UHGV virus genome: UHGV-0385605
Reading direction: 5' to 3' (one strand)
Length of the DNA: 6,056 nucleotides
Source: a virus
Shown: piece after piece, positions 4,306-6,056 of the stretch
How positions within the stretch are numbered: the first letter of the stretch is position 1
Layout: each line of letters starts with the position of its first letter
Position numbers and translations under genes: made by a program
The notes under the pieces: generated by a model
The model's database searches: none
Seen by the model: the letters and a program-made list of their open reading frames with translations, nothing else
Told to the model about the DNA's origin: nothing

Positions 4306-5979
4306 ATGTCACTTTCAAAAGTCCCTTTAATTAGACCAAGCAAAGCAAACAGACCTCGCAACGCTTTCGATTTATCTCAAAGACATTTATTTACCGCCCC
4401 CGCTGGTGCTCTTCTACCTGTCCTCTCTTTGGACCTCATGCCACATGATCATGTAGAAATTAACGCTAGTGATTTTATGAGAACCTTGCCTATGAATAGT
4501 GCAGCTTTCGTATCTATGAGAGGTGTTTACGAATTCTTCTTCGTACCTTACAAACAATTATGGTCAGGATTTGACCAATTTATAACCGGTATGAGTGATT
4601 ATAAAACCTCTTACATGTACTCTTTTAAAAATAAAGTACTTGAAAATTGCCCTAATTTCAGTATTCAGGATTTCGTAAAGTTCATTAATGCTAAAGCAGA
4701 TAAAGATATTCACGGATTCCCCAAAAAAAATGGTGTATTCAGAATGTTAGACCTTTTAGGCTATGGAAAATATTCAAATAGTTCAGGTACAGCCTATACA
4801 GATATTCCTGAAAAAACAACAAAAGATTTAGGTAATGTCACTCCTTTTAGAGCCCTCGCATATCAGAAAATATATTCAGACCATTACAGAAACTCAACTT
4901 ATGAAGATTTCCAAATAGAGTCTTTTAATGCTGACTTCTTCGGACAAAGTGGAAAAATGAAAGCAGTAGTTTCTAACGAACCATGGGATTACGACTGGTT
5001 TACTATGAGATATAGAAATGCAGGTAAAGATATATATACAAACTTACGCCCTACTCCTTTATTCTCTGTTGAAAACTTCGGTAATGGCTTAGCACCTGGC
5101 GCACTTGGTGTATCTGTTTCTAGTGATAAATTTAATACAGAAATAGACATCGTTAATAATAGTGGTAGTTTAAATCTTTCAGTAAATGATATTCGCAACG
5201 CTTTCGCCCTCGATAAACTCGCAAGTATCACAATGAGAGCAGGAAAAACCTATAAAGAACAAATCGAAGCACACTTCGGTATTTCAGTAGACGAGGGAAG
5301 AGACGGAAAATGTGAATACTTAGGAGGATTTGACTCTAATATGCAAGTTGGAGATGTAACCCAAACAAGTGGAACAACAACAACCGGACCTAAAGATACT
5401 AAATTCGGTGGATACCTCGGACGTACAACTGGTAAAGCTACAGGAAGTGGTAACGGACAAATTAAATACGATGCTAAAGAACATGGTATATTGATGTGTA
5501 TTTATTCAATAGTTCCCGATGTTCAGTATGATTCAACAAAAATAGACCCTTTCGTACAAAAAATACAAAGAGGTGATTTCTTTATTCCTGAATTTGAAGA
5601 CTTAGGAATGCAACCTTTATTCTGTAAGACTATTTCATGGAAATATGCTCAAGGTAACTTAAATTCTCCTACTGGCTCAAAATCTCCCGCTTTTGGTTGG
5701 CAACCTCGTTACTCAGAATATAAAACAGCATTAGACACAAATCACGGACAATTCTCAAATGGAGAACCGCTTTCTTTTTGGAGTATAGGTAGAGCTCGTG
5801 CTAACGACTTCTTACACACCTTTAATATCAGTAGTTTAAAAATTAACCCACATTGGCTAGATTCAGTTTTCGCAGTTGATTATAATGGAACAGAACTTAC
5901 CGACCAATTTTATGGAGAATGTTATTTCAATATTCTAAAAGTTTCAGACATGACAGTAGACGGCATGCCACGTGTATAA
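4306..5979 (+). CDS. VP1: Microviridae major capsid protein (VP1 / F protein)
   Basis: The 557-aa ORF has the conserved Microviridae VP1 N-terminal signature (R)N.FDLS..H.FT...G.L.P...L.P.D......R.LP......R.....FFVPY.QLW, here PRNAFDLSQRHLFTAPAGALLPVLSLDLMPHDH..MRTLPMNSAAFVSMRGVYEFFFVPYKQLW. Its size matches gokushovirus-type VP1. It contains a Thr/Gly-rich putative surface loop (nt 5356-5460). It lies downstream of Rep on the same strand. Confidence 0.9.
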   Translation: MSLSKVPLIRPSKANRPRNAFDLSQRHLFTAPAGALLPVLSLDLMPHDHVEINASDFMRTLPMNSAAFVSMRGVYEFFFVPYKQLWSGFDQFITGMSDYKTSYMYSFKNKVLENCPNFSIQDFVKFINAKADKDIHGFPKKNGVFRMLDLLGYGKYSNSSGTAYTDIPEKTTKDLGNVTPFRALAYQKIYSDHYRNSTYEDFQIESFNADFFGQSGKMKAVVSNEPWDYDWFTMRYRNAGKDIYTNLRPTPLFSVENFGNGLAPGALGVSVSSDKFNTEIDIVNNSGSLNLSVNDIRNAFALDKLASITMRAGKTYKEQIEAHFGISVDEGRDGKCEYLGGFDSNMQVGDVTQTSGTTTTGPKDTKFGGYLGRTTGKATGSGNGQIKYDAKEHGILMCIYSIVPDVQYDSTKIDPFVQKIQRGDFFIPEFEDLGMQPLFCKTISWKYAQGNLNSPTGSKSPAFGWQPRYSEYKTALDTNHGQFSNGEPLSFWSIGRARANDFLHTFNISSLKINPHWLDSVFAVDYNGTELTDQFYGECYFNILKVSDMTVDGMPRV

Positions 5980-6011
5980 TAAGATCATAACAAAAAAGAA
6001 AGGAAAATAAT

Positions 6012-6056
6012 ATGCATAGTTTTAATATCTTCTTTCCATATATGACCGAAGAGGAA
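6012..6056 (+). CDS. 5' end of an ORF (MHSFNIFFPYMTEEE...) running off the window. It is in frame with base 1, so it probably continues into ORF 10..414 on a circular 6056-nt genome.
   Basis: ATG at 6012-6014 is preceded by the purine-rich aaagaaaggaaaataat. There are exactly 15 codons to the window end and no stop. Position 1 continues the same frame (ctc gaa gta atg ...), giving a 152-aa product. This size fits a small scaffold or accessory protein. Confidence 0.35.
   Translation, partial: MHSFNIFFPYMTEEE

Noticed and set aside
4989-5231. Minus-strand 80-aa ORF antisense to VP1
   Set aside because: Antisense artefact inside a confidently called capsid gene, with no supporting signals.

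Overview
The window looks like a complete or near-complete genome of a small ssDNA phage of the family Microviridae (gokushovirus/alpavirinae-like; subfamily not resolved). All genes are on the + strand and tightly packed, and the sequence is AT-rich (roughly one-third GC by eye).

Three core genes can be called directly from protein features:
- VP1, the major capsid protein F (4306..5979), identified by the N-terminal RNAFDLS..H.FT..G.L.P...L.P.D......R.LP......R.....FFVPY.QLW signature.
- VP4, the HUH rolling-circle replication initiator (2473..4263), identified by FFTLTY, HYHGIIFF and the two-tyrosine KYVAEYV motifs.
- VP2, the minor capsid / DNA-pilot protein (468..1679), with a Gly/Ala-rich N-terminus and a Gln/Asn-rich body.

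An acidic low-complexity ORF (10..414) is open in frame back to base 1. It is in frame with a truncated ORF starting at 6012 that runs off the end of the window. If the window is one circular genome of 6056 nt, these join into a single 152-aa protein.

The remaining space is a roughly 790-nt intergenic region (1680..2472). It contains an AT-only hairpin, a GC-rich hairpin-dense island (1890..2170) that ends in a terminator-like stem plus T-run, a 12-bp perfect palindrome, a Bacteroidetes-type promoter (TTG-19nt-TATATTTG), and a phiX174-origin-like motif (AACTTTGATAT) just before the Rep gene.

Three candidate additional genes are flagged with low confidence. Two lie in the +1 frame inside the Rep gene (a 194-aa ORF and a 102-aa strongly hydrophobic, E-like ORF). 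The third is a Cys-rich 60-aa ORF immediately upstream of Rep.

No rRNA, tRNA, CRISPR or transposon features are supported.
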